Source: Octopus sinensis
Lineage: Eukaryota
DNA: 64,000 nucleotides
Assembly: GCF_006345805.1 (NCBI RefSeq)
Contig: NC_043017.1
Location: forward strand, 9,734,001 to 9,798,000
Reading direction: 5' to 3'
The notes under the pieces are model-generated. The model was not told where the DNA came from. It ran no database searches and worked only from the letters and a program-made list of their open reading frames with translations. Made by a program: the position numbers and the translations under genes. Shown one piece after another: positions 12,737 to 26,388 of this stretch (positions are counted from its first letter, which is position 1; each line of letters opens with the position of its first letter).

Positions 12737-14593
12737 AACACAAGGAAGAGATACAAATGTAAACAAATCATTGCCCCCCCCCTTTGGTTTGGAAGCAAAT
12801 ATGTAGTTTTGAAGAGACCAAGTAGCAAAGTCTGATAATTAAACAATGATTATGGAACATTTCTTTTTTTCCTTACAGTTGGAAGACGACCAACATGTAG
12901 TTGGAAGCCTCTTATGTTATCGATAAATATTAATTATATGTTGAGACTGTCGGAGATGGGGAGGGGGAACGGGATAGGTTGTGGTACAGGGAAGAGGGTG
13001 AAGAAGAAGAGACAGGAGCCATTGCCGGAACCGTTGAAAACTGCCTGTAATTAGTGGCTAATGTGATACCAACAAACGAGCATTAGTAAATGGTACTGTA
13101 AGTTTTAGTACTTGAAACAATTTTAGGCGGCCAATCACATCTATTTATCTCCACCATTGGTGTCGCTGTTGTCGTTATAATCATTAGGTAACGAACTGGT
13201 AGAATCGTTAGCAAGTCGGATGAAATGCCTAGAGGGATTTCTTCCAGCCGTTTTACATTCTGAGTTCAGATTCCTCTGAGGTTGATTTTACCTTTTGTCC
13301 CTTTAGGGTTGATCAAATAAAACACCAGTTGAACACGGAAGTCAACATAGACTAACCCACCTCCTTTAAAATTGCTGGCCTTGCGTCAAAATTTGAAATC
13401 ATCATCATCATCATTGCTGGAATGGTTTGGCTGGGTTTGCAAGATCGCTTTTCTTTAGGCAGGCGTTGAGGGCCTGACGGCGCTGCAGCTTGTCAGACCG
13501 TATCAAACAATCCAACCTTGCTAGCATGGAAAACATATAATAAATGATGATGGAAATTGGTCTTGCTGAGATTTTTTCTTTTCTTTTTTTACCTCTAGGT
13601 TAACCTCAACCTTTTGCATGCTGTAGGTGCATCATGTTGCCATACAAGTTTTCTCCCCTCTCAGTGCAGCACAATGCATCTGCAACTACAAGGGGGGAAA
13701 AAAACTTTAACACACATAGCTGCTATGATGCATCCAAGTATGCTAAAGCACAAACCAATTCTCTTGTTCTTAGCATTGACAATCTAAAGCATTTATTTAG
13801 ATAACTCTTCTGCATGTTACCCTCGGCAATTGAAATCTAAATAAATGCTTAAAATGAAGAAAAATATAGCATTTGTTATTACATGTTGAAGAATACAAAC
13901 TGTACGGTTGACATAAAAAAGCGAAAAAAAATTGAAGGAAAATAGAATTTATAAACAAAGATAATGGCTAAAATGAAATATGGAAAAATATGAATATTTA
14001 ATAAATTACTGTACGCACACAATGAGTGTAGGTGTGTATGTGGTGTTGGACAAGTTTCTTCTGCTGAGCCCAAACTTTGTGAGTAGATTTGGTAGGTGGA
14101 AACTGAAAGAAGCCCATCGTGTGTGTGTGTGGTCATCATCATTCAACATCCATTTTCCATGCGATGGTTTGACGGGAGCTGGCAAGGCTGGAGAGCTGCC
14201 CCTGGTCCCATTGTCTGTTTTGGCTTGGTTTCTACGATTGGCTGCCCTTCTCAATGCCAGCAACATTATCGAGTGTACTGGATGCTCTTTATGTGGCACC
14301 AGCACCAGTGCCCTTCATAGGCAAGCATTACCAAGGCGTGTGCTTGTGTGTTGATTTTTATCCTTCATGTCTCTGAAGATGACCAGGTTATCAGCTTTAT
14401 ACTTTGTGGGCCCAGAGGTGGTTTATTAAGCAAATATTGGCATAAAATCCATAGTTACAGAGGTAAGCATGCAATAGCAGAGTAAGAATCTGGTGGGAAT
14501 TTTGCTTTCCTTACAGTCCTCCTCTTTTTAGTTTTCTACGATTATTTCTGATTCTGAGTACTGTACTCCAGAGTACACAGCACTGCACCCCAG

Positions 14594-14795
14594 TCAGTGA
14601 TCTTGGGCAAGAGGTTCCAAAGTAGACTGCCATAAATTAGACATTTTCAAGGTTGCCTTCAGAGTGTCTTTGTATCTCCTCTTATGTTCACCATGTGACC
14701 AAGAGCCAGCTGCTAGTTCACCAAAGAAAAAAATCTGTTCAGGGAGCCTGGAGTCAGGCTTGCATGCTACATGTCCACTCCACTACAACTCTGTG
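14594..14795 (-). mobile_element. Degenerate RTE/BovB-type LINE ORF2 C-terminal fragment
   Basis: Across one frameshift: SGHVACKPDSRLPEQIF / GELAAGSWSHGEHKRRYKDTLKATLK...LEPLAQD, matching the RTE pattern GHV.RM..SR.PKQ..YGEL..G.R..G..KRYKD.LK. Confidence 0.75.
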
Positions 14796-16389
14796 TCTGT
14801 GTGTGTAATAACTAACTGGCACCCCATTGGTTGCAGTGACTAGTGTTTCAGCTGATTCACCCAAAGGGACAGCCTGCTCGTGAAATTAACGTGGTTCTCG
14901 GGGAGATTCAGCATGACACAGAATGTGACAAGGCTTGTTGCCCCTCTGAGCAACATGAAATTAAGAATCTTGCTCAAGGACACAACATGCTGACCAAGTA
15001 TCGAACTCACAGCCTTATGACTGTAAGTTGAATGCCCTAACCCCAAAGCCACATACCTTCACATTTAATGACAATGAGGGGACACGCAGGCACACACACG
15101 CCCACACACGCGGATGGACAGGGACACACATGGACGGACACACAACGGATTTCTTTCAGGGTCCATTTCTAAATGCATTCACAAGGTTTTGGTCAGCCCA
15201 GGACTATATAAGAAATGTTTCTGCCCAAGGTGCCCCACAATGGGACTGAACTCAAAACCATGTGGTTGGGAAGCAAACTTCTTAACCGCTCAGCCACACC
15301 TGTTCTTATAATTAAGAAGCACTAACGAGCTATTCTTTGTAAGCACACAGTGTTCTGTGTCTGCTAGAGTTGATCCTCCCAGTGACATGGCTGCTTTTAG
15401 TTGAAAAGAAGGCAATGTCCAACATCCTTTACAGGGCCTCCAAGATAGGTGGGAGGGAGGGAAGAAGGTATCATCAAACCCTTCATCACCCTCTCTCTTT
15501 TTTCCCTCCTTGTCTCACCCCCTCCCCTCCGTGATTCTCCTGTCCCTTGCACCTTTCTCTCCCTTGCATCTCTCCATCTCTGCCCCCCACCGAATCTCTG
15601 TCTCTTCCCCTCATGCCGCTATCCCCTATTTCTCTTTCTCAATTTTGTCTCTTTCTCCTCTCCTTGTCCTTCTCTCTATCCACACACATTTGCACATAAG
15701 GACGCATACATGCAGGAATGCATGCACACCGTTGCTTTCACATGCAACACATGTGGAAACACAAACGTGTGCAATTACCCACAGTCACGTGCACCCTCAA
15801 CCACTCCCCATTCCTCTGCCCCTTTCACATATCCCTACCCAACCAAGCCCTGACGTTCTAATATCTACTCTGGTCAAAAGAAATCTCTTTGGAAAGCTAT
15901 TCCTTTGCTCAGCTCCAGAGTTATTATACACACATTACTCGCTCTCTCTCTCTCTCCTCTGTTTCTTCTCCCTTTATCACTTTCTTTTACTCTCTTACTT
16001 TCTCTCTCCCTCTCTGTTTCTTCTCCATCAGTTCTTTTCATCTCTCTCTCTCTCTCTCTCCACTTCCATTCATACACACACATGCATGCTCTTTCACATG
16101 CACATATGCTCTCTCTCTCACACACACACACATGCACGTGTGTATATGTCTGTCTTTTCCTTCCTCTCCTTTCTCATATCTTTCTCCCTCTTCATCTCTC
16201 CCTTTTCATCTCTCCGCTTTCAGATTTCCAGTTTTTTCACACACACACACACACAAATATCCATCCCTCACCAAACTCTCCCCCACTCCCTCCCTCCTCT
16301 TTCCCTTCCGTTCCTTTCAAAAATATCTCACTTCTCTCTCTCTGCTTTCTGACACCCCCCTCTCTCTCTGACACATCTCCCTCTCTGCC

Positions 16390-16480
16390 TCTCTCTTAAA
16401 CATCCCTCCTCTCTCTTAAACATCCCTCCTCTCTCTTACACATCCTCCTCTTTCTCTCTCCCTCTCTCTTAAACATTCTC
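16390..16480. repeat. About 20-bp tandem (CTCTCTTAAACATCCCTCCT)
   Basis: 3-4 visible copies. Confidence 0.85.
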
Positions 16481-17329
16481 TCCCTCTCTCTCTCTATCTT
16501 TTAAACATACCCCCTCCTCTCTCCCCCCTTCTAATCTTCAAGTACCTGTTGATGTGATGTGTGTACATTTGTTATCGGACTTTTCTCCTGTACACCGTTG
16601 TTGTTCTGCTGCTCCAACATCTGTCAAAGTATGTATTCTTACACATATATATCACACACACACACACACACTATATATATATGTATGCATGTGTGTGTTG
16701 TTGTGTATGTTTGCATAACGTACACCTATTGTTCCATATATATGTTTGTGTGCTCCTGCACGTGTATGTGCGTGCATGTGCTTATGCATTTACATGCTTG
16801 CGTGTATGAACGACTGTGGATGTGTAGATGCCTGTCACTTCATCTCATTAATATATATGTGCATACACACACACACACACACGTGTGTACTTATATATAG
16901 AGATATGGATATGTGTGTGTGTGTATGTGTACATACATGCACACATGTAGCATGCAAAAGAGTTGGCTAATCATTGTTCAAAGTATGCTGCTTATTAAAG
17001 CAATCATTTTACCATTGTTGATTGCATTGTCTGCGAAATTGAATATTTCAAACCATCCATTGATCTGCTGTTTATTATAAGACTTCTTGTTCAACCAGTT
17101 TTCTGTCAAATTGATGTTGTTGTTTTATATATATATATATACATATATATATATTTATGTATAAAAATATATATCATTCAACAACAGCAGGGGAAGGTGG
17201 GATGGATTGGTGGCAGGATGTGGTGGTGGGGCCATTGATAACTGCTGCTCCCTCCACCTAAAGGAAAACAGTGACATTTCCTTACTGAATTTAATGGTAT
17301 GCTACCATCGCCACCACTAAAATGATAAT

Positions 17330-17502
17330 AACTATAGTAATAATAATAATAATAGTAATAATAATAATAGTAATAGTAATAATAATAATAATAATAGTAA
17401 TAATAATAGTAATAATAATAATAATAGTAATAATAGTAATAATAATAATAATAATAGTAATAATAATAATAATAATAGTAATAGTAATAATAATAATAAT
17501 AG
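17330..17502. repeat. (TAA/TAG)n microsatellite
   Basis: Directly visible. Confidence 0.95.
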
Positions 17503-18034
17503 TCGCCATCATCATCATCATCATAATGGCTGTCATTGTTACCACTACAAGTTTCAATACAACCATCAATCATCACTACCACCATCACTGACTCCTCAAA
17601 CAGCAGCGCCACCACCACCATCAATTCCACAAGCATCATCATCATCATCATCATCCTAATTTAGTCTGGGGTACTAATGATTCTACGAACTGGCAGAATG
17701 GCTAACATGCTGGACGAAATGTTTAGTGGTACTTTGTTGGTCTTTATGGCCTGAGTTCAAATGCTACTGAAGCCGATTTTTGCCTCTTGTCCTTTGAGGG
17801 GTGAGGGGTCGATGTAATCGACTTGCCCCACTCACCTGAAATTTCGGGCCTTGTACTTATTGCAGAAATGATTCTTACTCTCACTACCACCACAAACCAC
17901 TTTCATCCTCGTTACTGCAACAATCATCATCATTATCATCATAACTGTCTCATCCCCTATTACCACCACCACCACCACATCATTGTCATCATAATCCTTA
18001 CCATTGCTATTGTCACTACCTCTGTCACTACCAT

Positions 18035-18429
18035 ACTCTTTACTCTTTTACTTGTTTCAGTCATTTGACTGCAGCCATGCTGGAGCACCGCCTTTAATCG
18101 AGCAACTCGACCCCGGGACTTATTCTTTGTAAGCCCAGTACTTATTCTATCGGTCTCTTTTGCCGAACCGCTAAGTGACGGGGACATAAACACACCAGCA
18201 TCAGTTGTCAAGCAATGCTAGGGGGACAAACACACCCACATATACACATATGTATATACATATATACGACAGGCTTCTTTCAGTTTCCGCCTACCAAATC
18301 CACTCACAAGGCTTTGGTCGGCCCAAGGCTATAATAGAAGACACTTGCCCAAGGTGCCACGCAGTGGGACTGAACCCGGAACCATGTGGTTGGTAAACAA
18401 GCTACTTACCACACAGCCACTCCTGCACC
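18035..18429 (-). mobile_element. SINE family A, full length
   Basis: Reverse complement of the 294-704 element. Confidence 0.85.
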
Positions 18430-19980
18430 ATTGTCGCAATCACGTGCATTTTCTCTTTAATTGGTTTCAGTCCTTGGACTGTGGCCATACTGGGGCAGGG
18501 AGCCTTCAAGGAGTTTCAGTCAAATATACAGGCACAGGTGTGGCTAAGAAGTTTGCTGCCCGACTCTACCTGTTGATTCCTCTCTGGTGTTGCTTTGCAT
18601 CTATAATAAAAAAAATATATATACAAATTTGAGGCGCAGGAGTGGCTGTGTGGTAAGTAGCTTGCTAACCAACCACATGGTTACGATTATCAACTTGCTT
18701 TGCAAGATTCCTGATGTGAAGTCGTGTGTTGAAACAAATATTGTTGTATTTCAGGATGGTCATTTTTTTTTTTCAAAATAAACACACACACTATATATTT
18801 GTTCTTCTTCACTCATTTGAATGGAGTAAGTGGAGAAAGAACCCACGTGAAAACGAAAAGTGTCGCTGAAGAGGTCACAGATGTGTGATGAAAGATTCCC
18901 GGACAGTGGACATGAGTTAGTATAATAAAATAAGGACAGTAATAAACAAGTGAAGAAAAAAATATATAGTGTGTGTGTGTGTGTGTGTTTGTTTGTCAAA
19001 AAAAGAAAAACATGTTTGGCAAAAAAAAAAGAAAAAATCTTGAAATACAACAATAATATACAATGGGCTTCCCTACAGTTTCCATCAATCAAATTTCAGT
19101 CATAAGGTATTGATCAGCCCAATTCCTTAAGCTGATCAATACCTTGAACCAGGAACCATGTGTTTTCGAAGTTATCTTTTTAACTACACAGCAATGTGTG
19201 TTGTGTGTGTGGTTCAATTCCCAGACCAACAATGTGTTGTGTTCTTGAGCGAAACACTTCATTTCTTGTTGCTCCAGTCCACTCAGCTGTAAACAGGTCA
19301 CTCTGCAATGCACTGGCATTTTGTTCAGGGATGCCTCAATCATTTGAAAGCTCTTTAGACGCGAGTGTATGCCAACACACACGGCTAAGCACACTGATAC
19401 TCCCCTCCCCCCTCTCTCTTTCTCTCTCTCTCTCTCTCACATTGCATAGGTACATACACACTTAAGGAAATACATCTAAACATCATCTTGTGATAGTCTT
19501 TCTCTCTCTTTTTCTTCTCTCCTCTTGTCTTTTTTCTCTCTTCTCTCTCTCTCTTTCCCTCTTCTCTTTCTCTTCTCTCTCTCTCTCTCCTCTTTCTCTT
19601 CTCTCTCTCTCTCTCTCCTCTGTCTTTCTCTCTCTCTCCCCCTCCTCACACACACTCGAGATACTGGTCAAAGCTAGTTGATCCAAAGCATTCGATTGGT
19701 TATCTCTGTGCCAAGGGTCAGTTAGTGCAGAGCTGACCCAACACTGCTCAGCAACTTCTCATACACCCTCTCTTTCTCTCTTTCACATGCACACACACAC
19801 ACACACACACAACTCTCACAGTCACACATACACAATCTTTCTCACGCACACACAATCACACACTCTCATGTGCACACACTCTCACACATGCGTACTCACC
19901 CACCTCTCTCTCATTTACATATATGCATATGCGTGTATGGAAACGTTTTTTTTTTTACTTTTTGTATATGTGTATATATG

Positions 19981-20044
<64 letters not shown>

Positions 20045-20439
20045 AATTGTGTATTTGTATATGGTGTGTGTGTGTGTGCGTGTGTATTATCAATAATTAG
20101 CCATTGCCTCCACCTTGAAATCAATAAGTATTGAATTAATGGAAAATATCTTTGGAAGATATTTTAATTTCTATAATTTGTCAGTGATCAGAGGAGTGGG
20201 GGGGGGAGAATGAGAGAGAGAGAGAGATAAAGGTAGCAGAATGGAGATGTAGAGATACAACAGAATAGAGATGGGAGGGGAGATAGAACTAGAATATGAG
20301 AGTAAATGATTGAAAGAGAGGGAGAGAAGGAGGAGACAGAGAGAGAGGGAGAGAACCAAATTGAAGGGATAGAAAGGGACAGATATATAGTAGAGAGTGA
20401 GTGAGAGAGAGAATGTAGAGTGGAGGTATAGACATATAG

Positions 20440-20600
20440 CAGAGAGAGAGGTAAGAAGAAAAGGGAGAGAGAGAGGTGGGAAGAAAGGAGAGAGAGAGGT
20501 AGGAAGAAAGGGGAGAGAGAGAGGTGGGAAGAAAGGAGAGAGAGAGGTGGGAAGAAAGGAGAGAGAGAGAAAGCCAAATAGAAAAGGAGAGAGAGGGGGA
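20440..20600. repeat. About 22-bp purine tandem (GAGAGAGAGGTGGGAAGAAAGG)
   Basis: About 5 visible copies. Confidence 0.85.
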
Positions 20601-21439
20601 GAGGCAAAAGAACGTTGTGGACAAGCAGGATGAGTTTTCAGAAAATTTCGAAAATCATTTTTTTTGTCCAAAGCCTTTTCATTAATACATTTTCTTTCAA
20701 GTCTTTCATCATACTTCCTCTTCTTTTCCATTTCTTCTCCCTTTTTTTTTTTATTACATTTTTCTTTATCTTGTTTTATTTCTTTCTTTCTTCAATCTCT
20801 CTCTCCCCCTCTCCCCACAATCTCCTGCATGCAAGCAAGTGGTCAGTATATTCTGTACAGCAAACGGTCAGTCAACTTGTCTTCATTCAACTTTGGTAAC
20901 CGGATTCCAATCTGTTGCTGTCTGGAAACTATTTCTCGGTCACTTCTTCACATTTCAATACTTTAAAGAGAGCAAGGCATGAATGTCACAAGATCCCATT
21001 TTCCTCTTCTGACACTCATGTTTTATAACAGTGGGTGTCTTTTCAACCTGGGTGCTATGCCATGTCCCTTGAGGGCGTTGTAAGCACCACAGCAATGGGC
21101 GTGCCAGATATCAAGTAGGCACTATGTGAGTTGCTAAATGTTTAGTAAATTGTGATTTCTCTTATAAATATTGATTTAAACATCCTATTCCTGTTTCAAA
21201 TGTTTGTACATAAAAATCTGTGTCAGGATTCAAATATGTATGAGTCAGATATGTTGTCAATACTGAGAAAACATAACTTATGATGCTTAGTTTGCTTTCC
21301 AACCTCATGGTTTTGAGTTCCATCCCATTGCATGGCACCCTCAGCAAGTATTTTCTGCTGTAGCCACAGCCCTACCTAATCCTTAGAACGGAAATGGAAA
21401 GAAATTTATGTGTGTTGAGCAGGGGTAATAGTTCAAAAT

Positions 21440-21570
21440 TGCACAAAAAGCAAAAGGCAGTCAGGTCAGGGAACCACAAACAAGGTTTATTAGTTTGACA
21501 CTCGGGAAAAATTGAAGTGTCTTTGACATTTCGAACCTATGCTCTTCTATAAAAAGGAGTGAATAAAGAA
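21440..21570 (-). mobile_element. Penelope-like pseudo-LTR fragment related to the 45865 element
   Basis: Shared minus-strand motif GAAGAGC-ATAG-GTTCGAAATGTCAAAGAC. Confidence 0.45.
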
Positions 21571-21686
21571 AACAGATTAAGAAAGGAAAAATGCGAAGGA
21601 AAAAAAATAAAACATCTAAATTAAGTTACACACACAATATATATATATGTGTGTATATATATCCATATCTACACACACACACACAC

Positions 21687-21739
<53 letters not shown>

Positions 21740-21874
21740 TCTCCTCTCTCTCTCTCGTGTTAGTTTTTGCATCTCTTGGTCTTGAAATTGCATGATTGTT
21801 GTAAAATAAACATCAGCCTCTATGTGTGGAGTCCTTTGTGGTAAGTGGTGGTAAACATTTCCACAACAAACTGT

Positions 21875-22045
21875 CTGTAAAGTAGGAACCATTGGTTTGT
21901 GAATAGAGGGCACAAGTTTAAATAGGGGCAGCATGTCTGTAAATAGGGGCCAAAGGGCTTGCGGATAGGAAACATGGGTTTGGAGATAGGAGCCTCACAT
22001 TTGTAGATAAAGAGCACCCAATTCCTGGTGTAAAGTAACTAGGGT
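21875..22045. repeat. Degenerate ~21-bp minisatellite (TGTAAATAGGGGC...)
   Basis: About 8 diverged units. Confidence 0.6.
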
Positions 22046-23324
22046 TGGATCAAACATCCAGCTATGAAAAGAAAGTTAAAATACAAAACTATGCAACATC
22101 AGAGTTTAACCAGGTTTTCTCTGGTGTTTTGTGCATGTGTGTGTGTGTGTGTGGCAGATGACCAAGAGCCGTGACAAGTAGGAAGCTGCTGTGAGGCGTG
22201 CCCAAGGCAGATGTTAAATGATGATGGTAATGGGGAAGATAACTATATAATATCTGAATTACTAATTGACAGGTTTTATTAGCTGGCACCGTTCCTCCTT
22301 GGTTGAAAAAATTCTCAATGAAATTCTGACTCTTGGCATTCTCTGGAACGAGGCACACCATGTGTTTTGGTTCCTAATTAAGTACAAGAGTTGAAACCAA
22401 AGAAAAACAACACAGAGACCACACACACACACACCCACATGCAGTGCCAAAAGCCCTACCCTTGCCACCACCACCACTATACCACCCACCGAGTCTCACA
22501 AATTAGCTTACTAATTAAAATTCAGCTTTATAGTTGCTGTCATCATTGCCACTACCAATCATTATCATCATCATCATCGTCGTCATCATTCTTACTATTA
22601 TAGTGTCATTACTATAATCATCATCTCCACCACCACCACCATTACCATGCCCCATCCCCACTATCTCTGCCAATTTCCACCCACTGCCATCGCTACCCCA
22701 CAGCCATTATTTCCCCAACCGCCATCCTCATTCATCACCAGCATCATCATTGCCTTCGTCACCATAATTATCTGCATCATCGCTCTCATCATCATCATCG
22801 TCATCATCATTTGGGTGATGTGACTTCAATGTAAATTCATTGACCCGTACAATGTATCAGTGGATTCTCCCTCAAAAGAGCTTCTATGTAGTTGATTGAC
22901 TTGCTCAACATAGCAGCTCAAACTCCCTTAACAGACTCCCTAATAAGGACCAACCAAACTAGATAAGCATTATAAATCAGCCCCACAACCTGCTCAGTGT
23001 TTTTGTGGTGGTCATGGTGGTTGTAATAGTAACAGCAGCAAACTTTCTTTAAGATAGAGACCACAGGCTTGTACATAGGAAGTACATGTAAATAGGGAGA
23101 TTGGCTGCTGTATCTAGCAGCTTGAGCACAGGGGCTCCTACATTGGCTCTCTTGCATGTGTTATGCCTATATAGCCATGGGTCAGGATTGCATTTGCCGT
23201 TTTATCATCGTAGATGTTCCCTTTTGATTCTGGCACAATGTATCTAGGACCATTATCCTCCAGTGTGTCGTTCTTTTTAAGATGACAGGGTGTGATTTCA
23301 GGTTGATTTGTTTTCCCTATCTTT

Positions 23325-23715
23325 TACTTGTTTGTCATTAAACTTGTGGCCATGCTGGGGTACTGCCTTGAGGAATTTTAGTCAAATAAATTGACCCCAT
23401 TACTTTTCTTTTTTTTTTTCTTAGCCTGGTATTTTATTGGTCTCCTTTGCCAAACTGCTAAGTTATAAGGACATAAACACAACATCAGTGGTGGTGGGGA
23501 ATAAGCACAGACACAAAGACATGTAGATATACACACACACATACACACACACACACACATGACTTGGTTCTTTCAGTTTCCATCTACCAAATCCGCTCAC
23601 AAGGCTTCGGTCCACAAGAAACTGGTAGAAGACATTTGCCCAAGGTACCATGCAGTGGGACTGAACCCAGAACCATGTGGTTGGGAAGCAAGCTTCTTAC
23701 CACACAGCTACACCT
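23325..23715 (-). mobile_element. SINE family A (diverged)
   Basis: Collinear with the family A head and tail. Confidence 0.75.
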
Positions 23716-25513
23716 AATTGGCTACTCTTTCTAATAAGTGGTGATGGTGCGGGGGGGATTGGTTTTTACAAGTCAGTCGACTGATGTAATTGAAGTTAAT
23801 GGTAGCCCCTGTAATGTCTGGAGCCCTCTGGGGGACTCAGACAGGAATTGAACTTGTGGCCCTTTTCAAGTGTCAGAGACTTGCAGCTTATTAACCTCTT
23901 GGATCCAATTAAGCAATTAGAATACAAATAAATATGCAGACATGTAAACAGAGCAAACAAACAAAACAATAAAACTACACCAGCAACAGCCACATCATCA
24001 TCATCATCGTTAACATCAGCAGCAACCATATCAACATCATCATCATCATCCACAATATCAGCAACATCCACACCAATTAACCTTTTAACTGTTTCTCGGA
24101 GGAGGAACTCTTTCATCCCCCCACCCCCACCCCCAGCTTTCTTCCCTTCCTCCTCTCCACTCCCCAACTCCTGTTACTGAATTATTCTAATTAACAGGTT
24201 TACTTCCAACCTTATCTCATTATTTCTGCATCATCATCATCATCATCATCATCACTACATAATACCATTGCCCTTTATCATTCACACCACTATCATCATC
24301 ATCATCACCATACCACCATTGCCCATTATCATCACCACTGCCACTATGATCCTCATCAGTACCACCACCACCAACACCAACACCTTCACCGCCACCATCT
24401 CCACCACCATCACACCTCAGTGCTATTCGTTTGCTTTCCTTCCTCTTAATATCTCGTTACCACCTCACCAATGCAGGTACACTTCTTGTTCTGCTATTCA
24501 TTCACAACCACTGCCACTACCACCAGCACCACAGCAACTTATCACCACTACCGCCAACACCACTACAACCACAACGACCAATCACCACCACCACCACCAT
24601 GGTACAAGCCACTCACTAATGAAGTGGTAGTAACTACTGCCTGGTTTATTTTGTTAGGGTATGTCCTGGATGTACTTCTGGATTGTAGGATGGTGGTGGT
24701 GGTGGTGATGGTGGTGGTGGTGATGGTGGTGGTGGTGGTGGTGGTGGTGGGATGGGTTGCTGAAGAGGGAGTCTTAAAAAAATATTAGTTTCTATCATCA
24801 TCATCACCACCACCATCATTATCCTCTTCATCATTATCACTGCCACATCACCACCACCTTCATCATTTCTACTATCGTCACTGCCATCAGCATCACCACC
24901 ACCACCTTCACAACCATTGCCATCATCACCACTACCACTGTCATCATCATCATCATCATCACCACCATCATTGCCATCACCACCACCATCATCATCATCA
25001 TCATCATCACAAATAAATGAAGCTTGGTCTAGAGGTTGTGACAGCTGGGATGGAAGGAAAAATTTGGAACTGAATAGAAATGGGTGGTGACGGTGGTGTT
25101 GGAGTTGTGGAAGGATGTTGGTGGAGGTGGGATGGTGTTGGTGGAAGTATGTGGAGTGAAGTAAGAGCTGTGTTGGTGGTGGTGGGGTTTCTGCTGCGAA
25201 GGTCATTAGTAAAATTGGGAAGCTTTTCTGGAAAGTGTTTCCATGGTTTCCATTTTTGTTTTTTAATTGCAAATTGGCACCACAGAAATCATCATCGTTT
25301 TGCATCCACTTTTCCATGCTGGCATGCGTTGGACATAATTTGTTGAGGAGGCAGATATTTCTATGACTGGATGCCATTTTTCATCACCACCCCACATCTG
25401 TTTTCCAAGTGTTTTCATGGAAGATGGGAAACGAAGGACAATACTTACATGAGAGGGACGTTTGCCTACAGCCATCAACTGACATCAAGGCAAGGAAGCA
25501 ACACACACACAGA

Positions 25514-25862
25514 TTGCCAGCGTTGCCTTACTGGCACGTGCCGGTGGCATGTGAAAAGCATTTGAGTGTGGTCGTTGCCAGTGCCGCCAGACTGGCTCCC
25601 GTGCAGGTGGCACATAAAAAACACCTTTTGAGTGTGGTTATTGCCAGTACTACGTGACTGGCCCTCATGCCAGTGGCACATAAAGGCACCCACTACACTC
25701 TCTGAGTGGTTGGCATTAGGAAGGGCATCCTGCTGTAGAAACCTTGCCAGATCAGATTGGAGCCTTGCGCAGCCTTCTGGCTCGCCAGCCCTCGGTCAAA
25801 CCGTCCAACCCATGCCAGCATGGAAAGCGGACGTTAAATGACGATGATGATGATGATGATGT
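25514..25862 (+). mobile_element. Retroelement family C ((TGA)n tail, GGCGTTAGGAAGGGCATCCAGCTG core) with tandem ~62-bp 5' units
   Basis: Core and tail also at 1690-1905 (-), 5645-5822, 6270-6458, 14138-14310 (-), 27725-27920 (-), 45310-45495, 47990-48140 and 59735-59942. Confidence 0.8.
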
Positions 25863-25984
25863 AAAATAGAAAATGGATTGTACAACACACTTTGTTACAT
25901 AAGACTGTGATTGTTTCAACATAGATTTACCAGCAGAAACATTGCTGAAGCATTATACAAAATATAGATTCACACATCACGTCT

Positions 25985-26344
25985 TTATTATCTCCGCCTT
26001 AGCGAAGGCAGAGGTATTGTTGTCAGTCATGTTTGTTTGTCCGTGGACAAGATATCTCAAGAACTGCTGGATGGTTTGGGATGAAACTTTCAGGGATGTT
26101 TGGCCTCATGACTGGCATGAACTGATTAAATTTTGGGATTGATCCAGTATCGGACAAGGATTCTGGATTATTTTTCGTGTCTTTTTACTTAATTTTTGAG
26201 AGCGGTCGGGTTCATTTTTAGTATTCTCATTTGTGAGAGCAGCCGAGTTTATTTCAGATATTCTCATTTAAAAAATCTTCTCTGGCTAATCGTTGAGAGG
26301 ATGTTGATGTTGCCTTGGCAGAGGTTTGCACTCTCTGAGTGCTC

Positions 26345-26346
<2 letters not shown>
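25985..26346 (+). mobile_element. Helentron-associated non-autonomous element (HINE/DINE-1-like)
   Basis: 5' TTAT..CTCCGCC sub-TIR, (GTTT)n tract, 3' TTGGCAGAGG sub-TIR, then a GCACTC-tct-GAGTGC hairpin. Confidence 0.68.

Positions 26347-26388
<42 letters not shown>

Noticed and set aside
13599-13740. Strong + strand acceptor (tttttacctctag) with an open frame
   Set aside because: The peptide is unrecognisable and has no partner exons; such acceptors are common in T-rich DNA.
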